This document shows positions 1 through 16,180 of a stretch of DNA of 64,000 nucleotides, one piece after another. The DNA is from the human T2T-CHM13v2.0 reference genome, Homo sapiens. Both the position numbers and the translations under genes were made by a program. The stretch lies in assembly GCF_009914755.1 (NCBI RefSeq), contig NC_060927.1, one strand, 5' to 3'. Below the pieces are notes generated by a model. It was not told the DNA's origin. It saw only the letters and a list, made by a program, of their open reading frames with translations, and did no database searches. How positions within the stretch are numbered: the stretch's first letter is position 1; each line of letters begins with the position of its first letter.

Positions 1-1413
1 GACCAAAGAAGATAAATAAGTTGCTGATGGCATTTCAAAAGCATTTTTTTAATAAAGCAGGATTAAGGTAAATTGTCTTTTTTATACAAACAAAAAGTTA
101 AATCCTGGAAATACACCCAAAAGCATCCAGCCAGAAGTGCAACGGCAGGATCTGAAGCCAGGCAAGTTGGCTCCAAAGACTGTGTTGCCCTTCATGTGCT
201 GCCAAATAAGGGAGGTCTTCAAAGGCCTCACATTCTCAGGTTCTCATCTGAGCATACAACTGGAGGCAGCATCCTGTTTGAAAACTGCTAAAGTTGAATG
301 GGGGCGACTGGTCATGATATGAGACTAGGTAAGTAGGACAACTTCAAATATTTGGCCTCTTTCCACTAAGCCTGCATCACTAACTAGCTAAACAACACTG
401 GGAAAATTATTTAAATTCCCTGTGCTCTGGTTTCCTTATTGGAAAATATGAGCATAGTAACTATCTCATAGCATTGATGTTGGAATTAAATAGTGTGTGT
501 GTAAATATACATATATATATATATATAAAGCCTGGCACACTGTAAATGCTATATAAGTGCTTGCTGTTATTTCTGGTAAACTCAGAAGTTTTGTCAAGAA
601 CAAGCCAAAGTTGAGATGGATAACATCTAAACTTGGGCTAGAGCATCACCTAAATCATGGCATTGAGTCTAGCATGAAGGTTCAGAGCAAGAAAAGCTAT
701 AAAGTCAGCTGCTCTGTTTCAAAATTCCTCCTCCACCCCAGTTTACAAACTCTTGACTTTGGGCTAATACTTCATCCCTTTAAACCTGTTTCCTCCTCTT
801 AAAAATGAGTATTAATAATATCTATCCTGAGAGGGCTGAAGATTAAGTGAGCTCAGCAATGTGGCATACCCAACACAAAGTATTCACTCAGTAAAGTATT
901 CATTCAGTAAATGTTCACAAGTGTTACACTGTGAGTCTTAAGCAGGGAATAAATGTCTTTAAAAGAGGTGTCTGGTTTACTCAGAACTGTTATGTTTAAA
1001 ACAAGGACTAATGCATCCCTTCCAGAGTGGCCTCATACCAAGATGTCAAAATCACCACACTGACAAGCTTTAGGAAAACACTGGGGCCACATCTCGTCTG
1101 CCTTCAGGCTCCTATCAGTGCCAAATAAGACCTACGTAACTTGTCAGCAGCAAGCTGGGGACATGAATTCCTGAATTCTTAACCTAGCCAATTTTAGACC
1201 TAATATATCTCTTTGAGTTATTATTTGGTCTTTTTCTAACTCAATTTTCTCACCTGAAAAACTAACATCAAGAATACTAATTTACCAGAAATAGCATTGA
1301 GTTACAGCATTCAAACCATTTATTGTTAGAATATGTGTGATAAATATAATGGACATTCCATTCAGAATAAAGAATACTACTGAAAATGTGCATATTTAGA
1401 TAAGTCTATTTAC

Positions 1414-1472
1414 CTAAATTCAAGTACACGAATTTCCTTGTAGCCTGGTAACCCAGTAAATGCATTTTCAAC
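1414..1472 (-). CDS. IMPG2: IMPG2 exon 8 (59 nt; VENAFTGLPGYKEIRVLEFR; SEA domain). The gene continues beyond the window start.
   Basis: Acceptor taacag|GTT, donor TAG|gtaaat, phase 0-2. Confidence 0.96.
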
Positions 1473-1702
1473 CTGTTAAAAGTACAAATAAAAATGATAA
1501 CTATGTAAAAATATGGAAAAATATATAGAAAATAATGCTTTTAAGAGTAGAATAAAAAGTGAACTGTTCACAACTATTAGAAGCTTATACACTTAGCTAG
1601 GCATACCCAGGTCAGAAAATGAAAGAAAAAATTTTACCTAAACACTGCCACATTTTTCTTTTTCATTTTGTCTTTCAAGGTTTCAATGTGCTTTAATATT
1701 AA

Positions 1703-2116
<414 letters not shown>

Positions 2117-2465
2117 CTGTAATAGCATTTTTAAATGATATTGTTTGGATTTGGAATCTGGCCACAGCACACACACTGAAAAACAGTCTAGTGTTTGTTT
2201 TCTGTAAGTGTGAAAGTGGCTGCTGGCATCTTTTTCCTGCTCCTACAACGAAAGAGAACCACAAACACACTCAACACCCAGACGAGAGGCCTTGTGGTCA
2301 GGTAACTCCGCTGGTCAAAAGACCAATTCATGAGCATCACATTTGCAGGAGCCAGTTTTATTACTGAGTCTTTAAAATCTAGCCATGTAACTCCAAATGA
2401 GCTTAGTGACTGGAGGTGGAAAATAGTATGCCAGATTGGACTAAAGATGTAAAAATAATCAGGTT

Positions 2466-2900
<435 letters not shown>

Positions 2901-3992
2901 TTAAAAAATCTTGGTTGACTGAAGATCTTTATGCCTTAAGAATAAAGATCCAAAGCCAAAGAATGAAACTCTTTGGCTATAGTAATGTGCCCTGTTTTAC
3001 TCTCTGAAAGGAAATAAAAAACTGTTATAATTCTTGTAGGGTGGTGGGGAGGGGTAGAAGACACAGGACTAGAAATCAGAAGGCTGAGGGTTAGTCTCAG
3101 CTCTGTTTCTGCTGGCAGACAGTCCATGCACAGGCCTTCTTTTTTCAGAACTAATACTTCCCTGCTCACCTACCATATTGATTTTAAGATTAAAAGAAAT
3201 GTACCTAAAAGCACTCCATTAACTGAAAAAAATCATTACTACTAAACCCATCTTAGTGTAGGCTTTGCAATCTCTGGAGTCTAAACATGTATAGATATCC
3301 AGTTGCATGAAGTCATTCGACTTCAACATTGATATTAATAGTCAGTAAAATTTATTGAGGACTGCAATATATCTGGTGCTTTGCTTTACTTCAAATCTCT
3401 GTGACAATCCCAAGAGATAATATATTATTCCTGTTTTATGGATGAGAAAATGGAGATTGTAAGATATTAACTAACTTGGCCAAGGTCACACATTTGGTAA
3501 GTGACTGAATCAGAATGCATTCAATCCCAGATCTCTCTAACACTGAAGCCCATATTCTTCCCATTGAATTACATTGCCCCTGCCTCATGATAAATGTGCT
3601 TTAGAATTGGGACCAAGACTGGGAAAACTAAGGTTCACTATAACTTCTCCCTTGAATTAAAAGGAAGGGGACTCTGTAGAAGAAGGAGTACTTTGAAAGG
3701 CAGTAGGAGACCTGATTTTCATTTCTGTTCCTAGAGAGACTGAATGACAATGAACAAGTTATTTGGCCTCCTGAGCCTCATCTGTAAATTAGAGATGCTT
3801 GAATACATGACTGCTGTGAGCAAACAAATAGAAAGTCGCCTGTGGAGCATAAGGAACTATGTGAGGATCACACCGACACTGGAACTGCCCTCAGGCACCA
3901 ACCCTCCCAGGCCCATCACACTGACCTTTCCCTCTCTGATGTTGTACTTCGTGTTATCCCAAGCCTATCATGCCCCCACTTCTTATCCTTTT

Positions 3993-4040
3993 ACACACGC
4001 ACACACACACACACACACATACACACACACACAGACACAC
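3993..4040. repeat. Interrupted (CA)n microsatellite
   Basis: Read directly from the sequence. Confidence 0.95.
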
Positions 4041-5469
4041 AAAGACTAATAGCTCCTAAACCTCATCCCCTCCAAGCAGGCTTTCTTTCTCCCTGTGTGT
4101 CTTCCAGTAATACCCAGAGAAGCTGAGGGAAAAATCCATGTGATGGTGTCCTAAGGGGAGGGAGCTGGAGGATCCCCTTCAGTTTGAGACATGATCCCCT
4201 GCCTCTGCTGTTTCATGCAAAGTGACTGTTGGTAGACATTTCATTCCAGGTAAGGGGACAGGGAGTACAGAGATAGGCCAGAGAAGGAGGTCTTCCATGG
4301 TAGGCCCAGAACCTTCAACACCCTCTAATCACCTCAATAGCTACCTACCTCATCAAGTCCTTGATGAAGATATTTTTCAGAGTGTTTATTGGACTTCTCT
4401 AAATCTGCAGTCATTCCATGCAATTGTTTACCTAAACACTAAGCTATATTAAAAGTTCCTTAATCAAAGGACAGAGAAAACCAGACAGCCAGCCCAAGAC
4501 ACTCTTTGATGCCAGGTGGCCACTGGCCTGGCTGACATTTCTTCCACATACCATATAGCCTTGCAACTTGGCCACACCACTAGGAAAATAAATTGTCTGT
4601 CCTCCCCTTCCCACATCTGATGGCTACAATAATGCTTTGGCTGAGAGATGCACATTTTTATTTCTCATCTGGACACAGTATCTGGGGAAGAAAATTAATC
4701 TAAGGTAATGGAATTGATAAACTTGGCTAAAGAGAACCCCATCAAGAAGGAATGGGAAAAAATAAACGAAGGAATGATGTGCCCTGTCATCTGACAGACA
4801 GGGGTAGATAAGCATTCAATGTCTTACTGCACAAAAGCAAAGGCAAACTAGACGGGGACTATGGGTCATTTTTGACTGAAAAATTCTTGAGTTTAAGTCC
4901 TATATAGAATTTTCCCAGAAAGTGAAGTTATGGGATGGTCTAATCCACAATTCTTTAAAGAAATCCCTTTTTAAAAATACCTCCAACCAAGGATAGGAGA
5001 AACATTTATTTTTCACTGGATGCCCTTTTATGCTTCTAAATTTTGTACCAGTTATTACCTATGTGTTAACTATTGAAAATTTTTCAATTAAAAATACTAA
5101 AGATGAAATTAAAAGACATTAAATGTAATGTTCCCTTAAGAAAAACAATACAGTGTGTGTAGTTTCTTAGAGAAGCTTATTTCTCCAAATATTTTCAAGT
5201 CAAAACCATGCCACAGAACACATTCTTTCTTGGCTGTGCAGCAAAAGTTGGAAATTGCATTTATTTTTTAGCAGATGGCAAGATTTTTCTTTCTGTGAAA
5301 GAATTCATCTGTCCTATGACTTTTCACAGAGTTTTCTGAAGAAATGGCTAAGTAACCACTCCAGGAACCAAGTAGACAAACAATTTGAAACCTAAACCTA
5401 TCTTTAAACAGTGTTGTGAATATAGGAAACTAACATAGCAGGCATACTGCCTTGTTTGTTTTTTTTTTA

Positions 5470-5676
<207 letters not shown>

Positions 5677-5813
5677 TTATTCATTCAATCAACAAACATT
5701 TATTGATTGTTTCAATGTGTCAGAACTGTGCTAAAGGCAGCTTCTGAAGATAATCTTATTATTTCGTATTTGACTTTGGAACAAATTGGGTAGACTTTAA
5801 GACACAGGCTAAC

Positions 5814-6124
5814 AGCCAGGAGAAGTGGCTCACACCTGTAATCTCAGCACTTTGGGAGGCCGAGGTGGGCAGATCACTTGAGGTCAGGAGTTCAAGACCA
5901 GCCTGGCCAACTGAAACCCCATCTCTACTAAAAATACAAAATTAGCTGGGCATGGTAGTATGCATCTGTAATCCCAGCTACTCAGGAGGCTGAGGCAGGA
6001 GAATCACTTGAACCTGGGAGGCGGAGGTTTTAGTGAGCCAAGATCCACTGCACTCCAGCCTGGGTGACGGAGCAATACTCCATTTCAAAAAAATAATAAA
6101 TAAATAAAATAAATTAATAAAATA
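5814..6124 (+). mobile_element. AluS
   Basis: Full dimeric Alu with an A/TAAA tail. No clear TSD. Confidence 0.93.
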
Positions 6125-7560
6125 GTAAACATCTGGGTAAATCTTAAACAAATTTTAGCTGTGTAAGTAGAATATAATACAGTCTAATTAGTAGAATAAA
6201 AAGAAAGAACAAAAATACTGAAAAGCAGCATACAGGTCAGCAAAATGATCATTTGAATTACAATGTTCTAATGTTCCTATGTTGCTCAGGATAAGAATAA
6301 AGATGTTGAAAAACTTAAAATTTGTTAGGTTGAATACACATTATAATTATAGGATAAATCCCAACAGAACTGAAATACGGTATATAATTTCTAGAAGAGT
6401 AGATGGGAAAATGCATTAGGAAAATAGGTGCACAATAAAACTACCTTGGGCTTCATTTTGAACCAGAGCTACAGCAAACTAATTTTTGTTAGGTATCTCT
6501 ATATTGTTTTGTTTTCCTACTGGCTCTATAAATTGGCTTAAATCCTCTGTTTTGGATATTAACATTCCAATTGATTGCATACAATTCCTTAATTTCTATT
6601 AAAGTGAATTATATCTCATTCTACAAATGTTTCCAGATCTAAATCATAGCTATTCTGCCTCAAGTTCAGAGCTGCAGTATCACTTTTTATTCATTCATTC
6701 ACAAATATTTATCAAATGCCAATATTTGCTAGCACCATCTACTTGGAACACGGTTATACTTAGGATAAAAGTATTGATTCGGGTATCCACTCTAGGGATT
6801 ACCACCAGCCTTGTTCAGTGACAGGGAGGGTGATGAGGCAGAGTGGAGCGACTTAACCTGATTTCATGTAAGTTAAAATGTCCACGTTGGGAAGTGAAGG
6901 TGCAAGAGAACTAAATTGCATCTTCCTAGTGGATATGTTTTGTCAGAGTTAGCTCTATATTAAAAAAAAAAAAACAGGATTTGTGAACCCCCTAATTTTT
7001 TAAATTCAGTATTTAAATATCTTATCTAACAAAATGTTTCTATATTCCTGGGCGATGTGTAAATTTTTTGTTAACCTGTATGTATCTTTTGTGATAGAGA
7101 CTCAGCTATAGGATTTAGTGTTGTTTAGTGGACAGGTTTCTATTAATAATGGTACATTCACAATGCATGGTACTTTTTGACTTTTAAACTACATAAAATG
7201 TATATTATTACCCACTAAAGAAGGCTAAGATCTGGTCTATTAAGGGTGAGAAGAACATAGGCAAAACCACCATAGAAAATCATGTCACAGAGGCCACAAG
7301 AGGCAGTGGGCTTACCTCAATGACAGTCCACTTCATTTATAATTCGAAGCTCTCACCAAAAACTCACCAATAAGAGCAGATTTACTCAGTTCTCCAAGGA
7401 ATCTCAAAATTGTTTTTAATGTACTGGTTTTAGGATCCATGTCATTTTTCTAACAGGACACTACATGAAGTCCTGTGTAGTCCAGCAATGGGAGATAAAC
7501 TCTCTCTTAATCTCTATGTTCCATGTTAGAAACTAACTAACAAAACAGAGCATCACTCAC

Positions 7561-7643
7561 ACTCTCCTCTGGCCTTTCCAAGCTGCTCTCTGAGGCACCT
7601 TCATAGGCGTCCACCTCTGGATGTGGAACACTGAGAGTAGTGT
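7561..7643 (-). CDS. IMPG2: IMPG2 exon 6 (83 nt; [28 protein letters not shown])
   Basis: Acceptor tcttag|ACA, donor AGT|gtgagt, phase 1-0. Confidence 0.96.
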
Positions 7644-8561
7644 CTAAGAAGAAAAGCAAAAACATATGCATGAATTCAGTCCTCGATTAAGTCAGAATTC
7701 CTATCAGGAAATAAGGAACTGACTTCAAAAACCATTCCTATAAATAGTTTGTTTTATTGTCCTGGAAATTCGGTGCATTCTAACCTCAGGACATATTTGT
7801 ATGGAGCCTTCTCAGAACAAGAAATAATTGTGGTACGTTCAACAAGCATATATTGAGCACCTACTATATGCCAGACTCTGCACAAGACACTAGGAACACA
7901 AAGACAATATTCCTCTACTTAAGGAGCTATCTAGTAAAGGGGACACATACTAAAAGAAGTAACTCCTCTACCAGAGAGGAGAAGTGGGTAAAGGTTGGAA
8001 ATTGGTTGTGAATTGACAAGTGTTAAAACTGGACCTTATCATGTTATTCTATTTTTGTAGATGTTTGAAATTTCTAACACAGAGAAGTTTGTGGGGTTTT
8101 TTAATTAAAAATAAAGAAATGAATTACCAATTTACAAGAAATATACTGGGCAAAGGAACATGTTAAACTATACCACAGAATGCAATAAGAAAATCCTTAC
8201 TCTGGGAACCTCTCATGGGACGAATGACAAATGGTGGCGTTAGAATGGTTCTACGTTTTGACATTAGTGGTGGCTACAGAGTGTTTGCCTTAAAATAATT
8301 CATTAGCTCATACATTTGTTTTAAGTGGTGTTCTGACTTGTATTATATACTTAATGATTAAGGAGTTTTAGGTACCCACAACATAATGCCATAAAATAAA
8401 TTTTTAAAAATTACTTTTTCTTGAGACTCTTGAAAAACGTATTAAAAAAGAGAAATCTGATATTTTTAAAAGGTAAGCTGCAAAAAATGTACTTGTTTGT
8501 GAGCCTGTCTTAAACCATAAATAATTTTAAAAGAAAAGTGAATGAAGACACAAAAGTATAC

Positions 8562-8611
8562 CTCCCAATGTTGAAGTATCACCAACAGGAACTGGAGAAG
8601 ACAGTTCAGAG
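8562..8611 (-). CDS. IMPG2: IMPG2 exon 5 (50 nt; SSELSSPVPVGDTSTLG)
   Basis: Lies inside ORF 8527..8748. Acceptor ttctag|CTC, donor GAG|gtatac, phase 2-1. Confidence 0.96.
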
Positions 8612-8944
8612 CTAGAAAAAAAAATGTTTGCAGTTAATAAAATGACAGACACATGAGAGTTTATTTTGGGATTTTTGGGGTTGTTTTCCAAAAAGGAAAG
8701 CACTAGATCACCAAGTAAGGGCTCCCAAGCAAAAGTACCAAAAAGCAAAGTTTTTTAAAATTAAAACTTCATAATTCATTTATTTTATATTTATTGATGC
8801 CTACTCCACTAGAATCACCCTACCTAGAATTCTTCCCTAGTTATCTTTGCATCACCCTGTTTTCTCTCTTCTCAGTTCTTATCACTATGTGAAATTTTAT
8901 TTATCTTCTTATTTATCTCTGTCTCTAATGCCTTAGTCCTCTAG

Positions 8945-9137
8945 CACAATATTGCCCAAAATGGTAGCCACTGGACATGCATAGCAATTTAATTAAAATT
9001 AAACCAAGTTAAAAACTCAGTTCCTCATTTACACCTGCCACATTTCAAGTGCTTAATAGCTGCATGTGGTTAATGGCCATCATACTGGACAAGATGGTAA
9101 AGAACATTTCCATCACCACAGATGTTCTGTTGAACAG
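8945..9137 (-). mobile_element. MER3-like hAT-Charlie element between L2 fragments
   Basis: atggtagccact...cacatttcaagtgcttaatagc...agaacatttccatca resembles the recalled MER3 consensus. Confidence 0.7.
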
Positions 9138-9850
9138 GAATGTATTAAGAATCTAAACTGCATGAGATTGGAGACCTTGACTAATATATTCCTGCTGTAT
9201 TTTCCAGTGCCTAAAACAGTACCTGCCATTTAGTAGGCATTAAAAATATATTTTGGGGATAAATGAATACTATGTGCCAGGCAATGTAGAAGGTACTTGG
9301 CATATAATTGTGAGCAAAACACCCATTGTATATGAAGGTTACAGTCTTATAGAAATTATACACACTAAATCAATAATTACAGATGAGACAAGTAGTACAG
9401 ACAAGAAAGTAGTGGCTGCTAGAAGGAACATAAAACCACACACCTGATCTCATCTGAGAGATCACTGAAATCATAAAACCTATTTATATAAAGAAAGTCA
9501 AGCTTAGAGAAATTATTTGCTGTAGGCCCCATTGCTAACAGGCATCAGGTCTCCTGGCTGTTGTTTTACCATGCCACTCTGCAATTGCAAGCAAAGATAA
9601 GAAGAGATCAGAAGATAATCTAAGAAAGCCTCTCCTCCTAAAGGAAAGAAAATAGGTTTCCACAAGTCCATATTTTCACATATCCCAAAGCTATAAAAGT
9701 TAAATTACAGTAATCTGGGAACATTTTAGAATTTTCAAGTTTGTACACATGTCCTAAGAGGAAAAGGGCTATTCCCTTAACCTTTTCCAAAGATATTGGA
9801 TCAGTGGTGATTGTCTGTTTTCAACTCATAGCAATTAAAAACTCTCTTCA

Positions 9851-10153
9851 AGTTGGGCACAGTGGCTCATGCCTGTAATCCCAGCACTTTGAGAGGTCCA
9901 GGCGGGTCAATCACTTGAGGCCAGCAGTTCGAGACCAGCCTGGCCAACATGGTGAAACCCCGTCTCTACTAAAAATACAAAAATTAGCCAGGCGTGGTGG
10001 CACATGCCTGTAATCCCAGCTACTCAGGAGGCTGAGGTATGAGAATCACTTGAACCCAGGAGGCAGAGGCTGCAGTGAGCCAAGATTGTGCCACTGCACT
10101 CCAGCCTGGGTGACAGAGGAAGACTCTGCCTCTAAATAAATAAATAAATAAAA
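9851..10153 (+). mobile_element. AluS
   Basis: Full Alu with a (TAAA)n tail and degenerate TSD aaaaactc(tc)ttcaa. Confidence 0.95.
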
Positions 10154-11069
10154 ACTCTTCAATGCTACCAAGTCAACTTCCTAAAGTAATTTGATCAACA
10201 GTCAAAAATATCTCCCTCATAGACGTGCCCAGGTCTGTGATGTGCCCAGTAAGTCACATCTTCAGAGCCACACACCTTTAGATCAACCTACTGCTCTAAA
10301 GTAGATTACAGAGGTACTCAAAGCCTGGAGATAAACATGGCACACACTTTGAGGCATCAGTTTTACTACAAGCTTAAACAGGTTAGGAGCTAAATAAGAA
10401 CTGATGTATAATTTAAAACGTTTTAATATTATAACAAACATAGCTATATTATGGAATAGAATATAAAGTTTAAGTGAATATGAAGATAAAATATGATAAT
10501 TCAAAGACATTTTATGATTGGAGCTGGTATGGGAGGGTAAATTAGGGGCATGTTTTCTAAATGCCCAGGCTTTGGCAGAAAATTTGAGAAACATAAGTTA
10601 AAAAAAAAAAACAAACTTCACCATAAAGATCTTTCTGGTTTTAAAAATTCTATCTAAAAAAGTAAGATGTTAAACTATTACACAAAACTCATCAGTATTG
10701 TTTATTTAGAGCACATTTGCATAAAATTGCTTATTAAGTTTCATCTAGAAGAACCTAAAGGGATATGACATCTGGACAAGTTATTTTGATGAGCAGAGGA
10801 CAGCATGAGTGATGAGGAAGCATTAAGAGGCTTCTTGGGTTACAGAGGATGGAGCTGAAAAAAATGGGATTCAGATGCATTCAGAAGAAACATTAACATA
10901 ATCAGGCCTGAATAGGGTCCATCAATTGTCCACATGGCAGTACTCCTTCCCAGTACCTTCATTTCATAGATGAAAGAAATAAGGTCCAAACAGGTAAAGC
11001 AACTTTCCCAGGCTCACACAAAAATTCCTAATTGTATCCAGTTCTCTTTCAATAATAACAGCAAGAATA

Positions 11070-11300
11070 ATTACAACTAACTTTACTGAGCCCTCATCAT
11101 GTGTCATACACTGCTAAGTGCTTTATTTAGGTTAACTAACTTAATTCTGGCAACCACCTTAAGAAGGAGATCCTATGATCCCATTTAGACTGATGAGGAA
11201 ACTAATGCTAGAAGAGGTTAAGAATTTGCTCAGGGTCACACAGCTAAGCCAATGGAGAAGCTGTTATGTAAAATAGGCCCACTGGATGCCAGAAACCTCA
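11070..11300 (-). mobile_element. MIR. Similar MIR fragments lie near 340-570, 740-910, 3340-3560, 17920-18110, 21200-21400, 34390-34620, 37930-38120, 52750-52950 and 53640-53820.
   Basis: MIR core gatgaggaaact...gaggttaagaatttgctcagggtcacacagcta. Edges approximate. Confidence 0.7.
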
Positions 11301-12561
11301 TTCTTACTCATCTCAAATCACTGCTTCACAACATGGCCCTTATGTGATCCCTACTCTTTAGAAGGGTTTCACTTGGCCTTCATGATACTGGCCTATAAAA
11401 ACTAAATGACCTAAAAGTCAGTGTGTAAGGTCCCAGAAAGAGGAAGGGGAACCTGGTTAGAGTTGCTCTATGGAGAGCAACCAGATATAAGGATCACAAT
11501 AAGGCAAAGGTATGAAAGCACAACACAGCAACTCGAATAGGATGTTGCAATGAGGTAGCAGAGAAACCGGACTTCACCTGGGGTGAGTTAAATTGTCTCC
11601 GACGTCAAATCAAATTTACGCTAATTCTCTAACTAAGCAAACATTCAGAATGGAGAAGTTTACTTCAGTTGAACTAGATTTCACCTTGCTGAATTCAAAA
11701 TAACATTATTTTAATAGTGATAAGTAGGAAACTCTTAGTAATTTAAATCACTTGCCTACACTCCAACTCTTAATCCCTCAACCACCCACTCTCCTTTCAA
11801 GAGACAGTAAAGAACACTTAACAACAAGAATCCTTTTACATGTTTTCATTAAGTATTCCCCCTGCAGAGATCCTTTAAAATGTCACTCACCACAGCACTG
11901 GAACACAGAGGTGTATTGAGCTTGGAAAGAGAAATACTACTTAATTTCTAAGTCAAACCACAAAGTTGAAGCTGTTCAGCTAAGATCTTTAGCTTAATAC
12001 TAATAACATACAACCCCTTACTATCTCCTCTCCTCATTTCATCCAGCACATTATTCATTCTTCACCACTACTACCTAATCATGTCAATGGAATTCAGGTG
12101 GGATCATGTCAACAGCTGCTCATAGCCACATAGAACATATATTTAAAGACATTGTAAAACAAGCCAAGCACAGGTTCATATGCAGATTCCTGCTCCCCTT
12201 GATATCTTCTATACTTTGCTTTGCTCTCGAATATGTTACTATAATCACATGTGACCACAAAAGAACTCAAAGAAAGGAGTTAAGAAACCTGAGTGCTAGT
12301 CCTAGATGTATCATTAACTTTGTGTATGATTTAGGGAAATACCTTAGTTGCTCTGGGCCTCAAAAACTTACCCTTTAAAACAAGAACACCTCCACGTCTG
12401 CCTATTTCAAGAAGGTGTTGACAAAAATTAAATAAAATATTATATGCAGAAGCATCAGAAAAAGTATGAAATGCTAAACAAATATAAAACAGGGGTTAAT
12501 GGGACAGTGACATATATCATCCCAAACAGAATAAAACATTTGCTGAAAATATATATATATA

Positions 12562-12906
<345 letters not shown>

Positions 12907-13485
12907 CTACAAATGTAAATTAATTGAGACACACACACACACAATCCCAAAGAGCAGTCCTTATACTGAGAATATCACCAGAGACCTGATAATAGACTTG
13001 GGTGATTAGGTAGAAATTCTGTTATTAATTTAACAAATATTTAGTAAGCACATATCCTAGGATGAGCCTTGCACTCGTTATTGGGGATGTAACCGTAAAA
13101 CCAGATGGCAGGAGTTTAAGGAGTGATTGGAGCTAAGTGGACATTCTTTCAAGATGTCTGGCTATAATGGAGATAAATGCGGGCTGTTTTAAAAATAGGT
13201 AACATGAGAGGGACTTCAGCATGTTTAAATACTAATGGGAAAGAGTTAGTAAAGAAGGAAGTTGGAGACTCAGGAGAAAGAGAGAAACAATGACAGGCAG
13301 AGGTTTCTAAGAGGAAAGACAGAATTTAAGGTCCTGAATACAGGCAGAAAATGTTCTTTTTAAGAGTTGGCAACTGATAGCAGGAGATGTTTAAAATAGG
13401 ATATAGCAGAGTATTTGGTGCAAGACATACATTAGCAGATGTATTAGAGTTTGCATAGAGGTCTGCAATTTAAATTACAGAGAAT

Positions 13486-13948
13486 TGTGATTGGCAGAAT
13501 ACTAGCCTCCCAAAGAGGGCCATATCTTAATTCCCAGAGAGGGGAATTAAGGTTGCAAGTAGAATTAAGCTTGCTAATCGGCAGATCTTAAAATAGGCAG
13601 AGTATGCTGGGTTATCCAGTAGGCTCCATGTAATCACAGGGACCCTTTCATGTGGAAGAGAGAGACAGAAGAAAGTCAGAGTGACGGAATGTGAGAGAGA
13701 CTCCACCGGCCATTGCTGTCTTTGAAGATGGAAGTGGGCCATGAGCCAAGAAATGTGGGTGGTCTGTAGAAGCTAGAAAAGGCAAGAAAACAGATTCTCC
13801 CCTACAGCTTCTAAAAAGGAACATAGCCATGCTGATACTTTGAGACCCAAAGGAGGCTTTTGAACTGCAGAACTATAAGATAATCTATGTTGTTTTAAGC
13901 TGCCAAGGTCAGACTAATTAGTTAAAGCAGCAGTAGAAAACTAATACA
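13486..13948 (+). mobile_element. Solo ERVL-MaLR LTR (MLT1D-like)
   Basis: TG...CA termini (tgtgattggcagaat / gaaaactaataca) with a 5-bp TSD AGAAT at 13481-13485 and 13949-13953. Confidence 0.88.
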
Positions 13949-14459
13949 AGAATCTCTTTACACAGAGAATACAAAAATAATCTCAAAAAATTTATAAAAA
14001 TAAATTTGAATAGTGGAAACGGGAGTTAATGGAGTAGTGACACATGTCATCCCAAAGAGAATAAAATATTTGCTGAAAAAAATATATATTTGGCTTTGTG
14101 GTCCATGGAAATCGTGGGCAAATAAGGGTTTTAATGGATGATGGTAATATTCAAGCGGAGAAAGATAGGCTGAGTAAATTCTTAGGCCACTCCTATGGTA
14201 TCACTCCCAGTGTGAGCTAGCCCCATGTCATCCCCTTCAGCATCTCCCACAGTCGGCAGTCTCCACCCCACTTCAACCTCATCTGCCCTAGTTTCAGGCA
14301 GAATACAAATTTTTAAATTTTCAAAATTAACTTATATTTTAGTTATGTATTGTTATTTCTTTATATGCCTTATTTTCTAAGAATAGTGAATATCTTGTAT
14401 CCTCTATTATTTATACCTAGTACAGGCAGTGACTTATCAATAGAGATACATGATACATA

Positions 14460-15373
<914 letters not shown>

Positions 15374-15809
15374 TATGATGAAGGTGTTTTGTTTTCATAG
15401 AAAGTTTTTGAATAAACCCCATAAATTTGTTTGTTCTAAGACTCTTTCCAACATGGTACATATATACAGAGTATACAGTAGATGGCCAGAAGCCACAGAG
15501 TAGACTTGGCTCCATTTCCAAAGCTTCCATTTTGTGTGATATTTGAGGAAATAAATCAATTTATATAAAATTTATACATACTGATATACTACATAGCAAA
15601 ATACAAAAGAGTGCATGAAGTCTTAAGAAAAGGAAGTTTGGATTTGCAAAAACAAAACAAAACAAAAAACTCTGAGCTATACTGCCCATATTTTCTGCCA
15701 TTGAGGACTTTGGGAGAAAAGTTTGATAAACACTGTTCTAAGCAAATGTTAAAATCCCCTTAGCTGACGAATATATAGACTAATAAGAAAAATAAAAAAT
15801 AACTCTGGC

Positions 15810-16180
15810 TGCTGTGTTGAAAATGTACTGTAGTTGGGAAAGGGTTAGACATGTTAAGAAGCTATTATAAGAATAAAAGATGCTGGTGGCTCATACCAGG
15901 GTGGTGGCAGTGAAGATGGTGAAAAGTGATCAGATTCGAGATATATTTTGAATCTACAGGCAACAGAATTTCTTGATGGATTGGATGTGAGGTGTGGGAG
16001 AAACGGAAATATAAAGCATGATCACAAAGTTTTGGTCTGCATGACAGACACAATAAAGTTGTCACCAATAGAAATGCAGAGTTAATTGGGTTGGGGGCAT
16101 GGGAGAACCAGGAGTTCAGTTGTGGATGTGTTGAGTTTGAAATGTCTACTTGACATTCACATAGAGATGTCATCATAAAT
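15810..16180 (+). mobile_element. L2 fragment. Others lie near 21500-21930, 35100-35450 and 54290-55000.
   Basis: gagttcagttgtggatgtgttgagtttgaaatgtc is typical of L2. Edges approximate. Confidence 0.7.

Noticed and set aside
877-911. 16-bp tandem duplication aaagtattca(c/t)tcagt
   Set aside because: Ordinary slippage duplication at the edge of a MIR.
3038-3056. G-rich run gggtggtggggagggg as a G-quadruplex
   Set aside because: Only three runs of three or more G; a weak candidate with no supporting context.
11595-11630. CRE-like gacgtca near a ctaatt motif in intron 4
   Set aside because: Isolated short motifs are expected by chance, and conservation cannot be assessed here.
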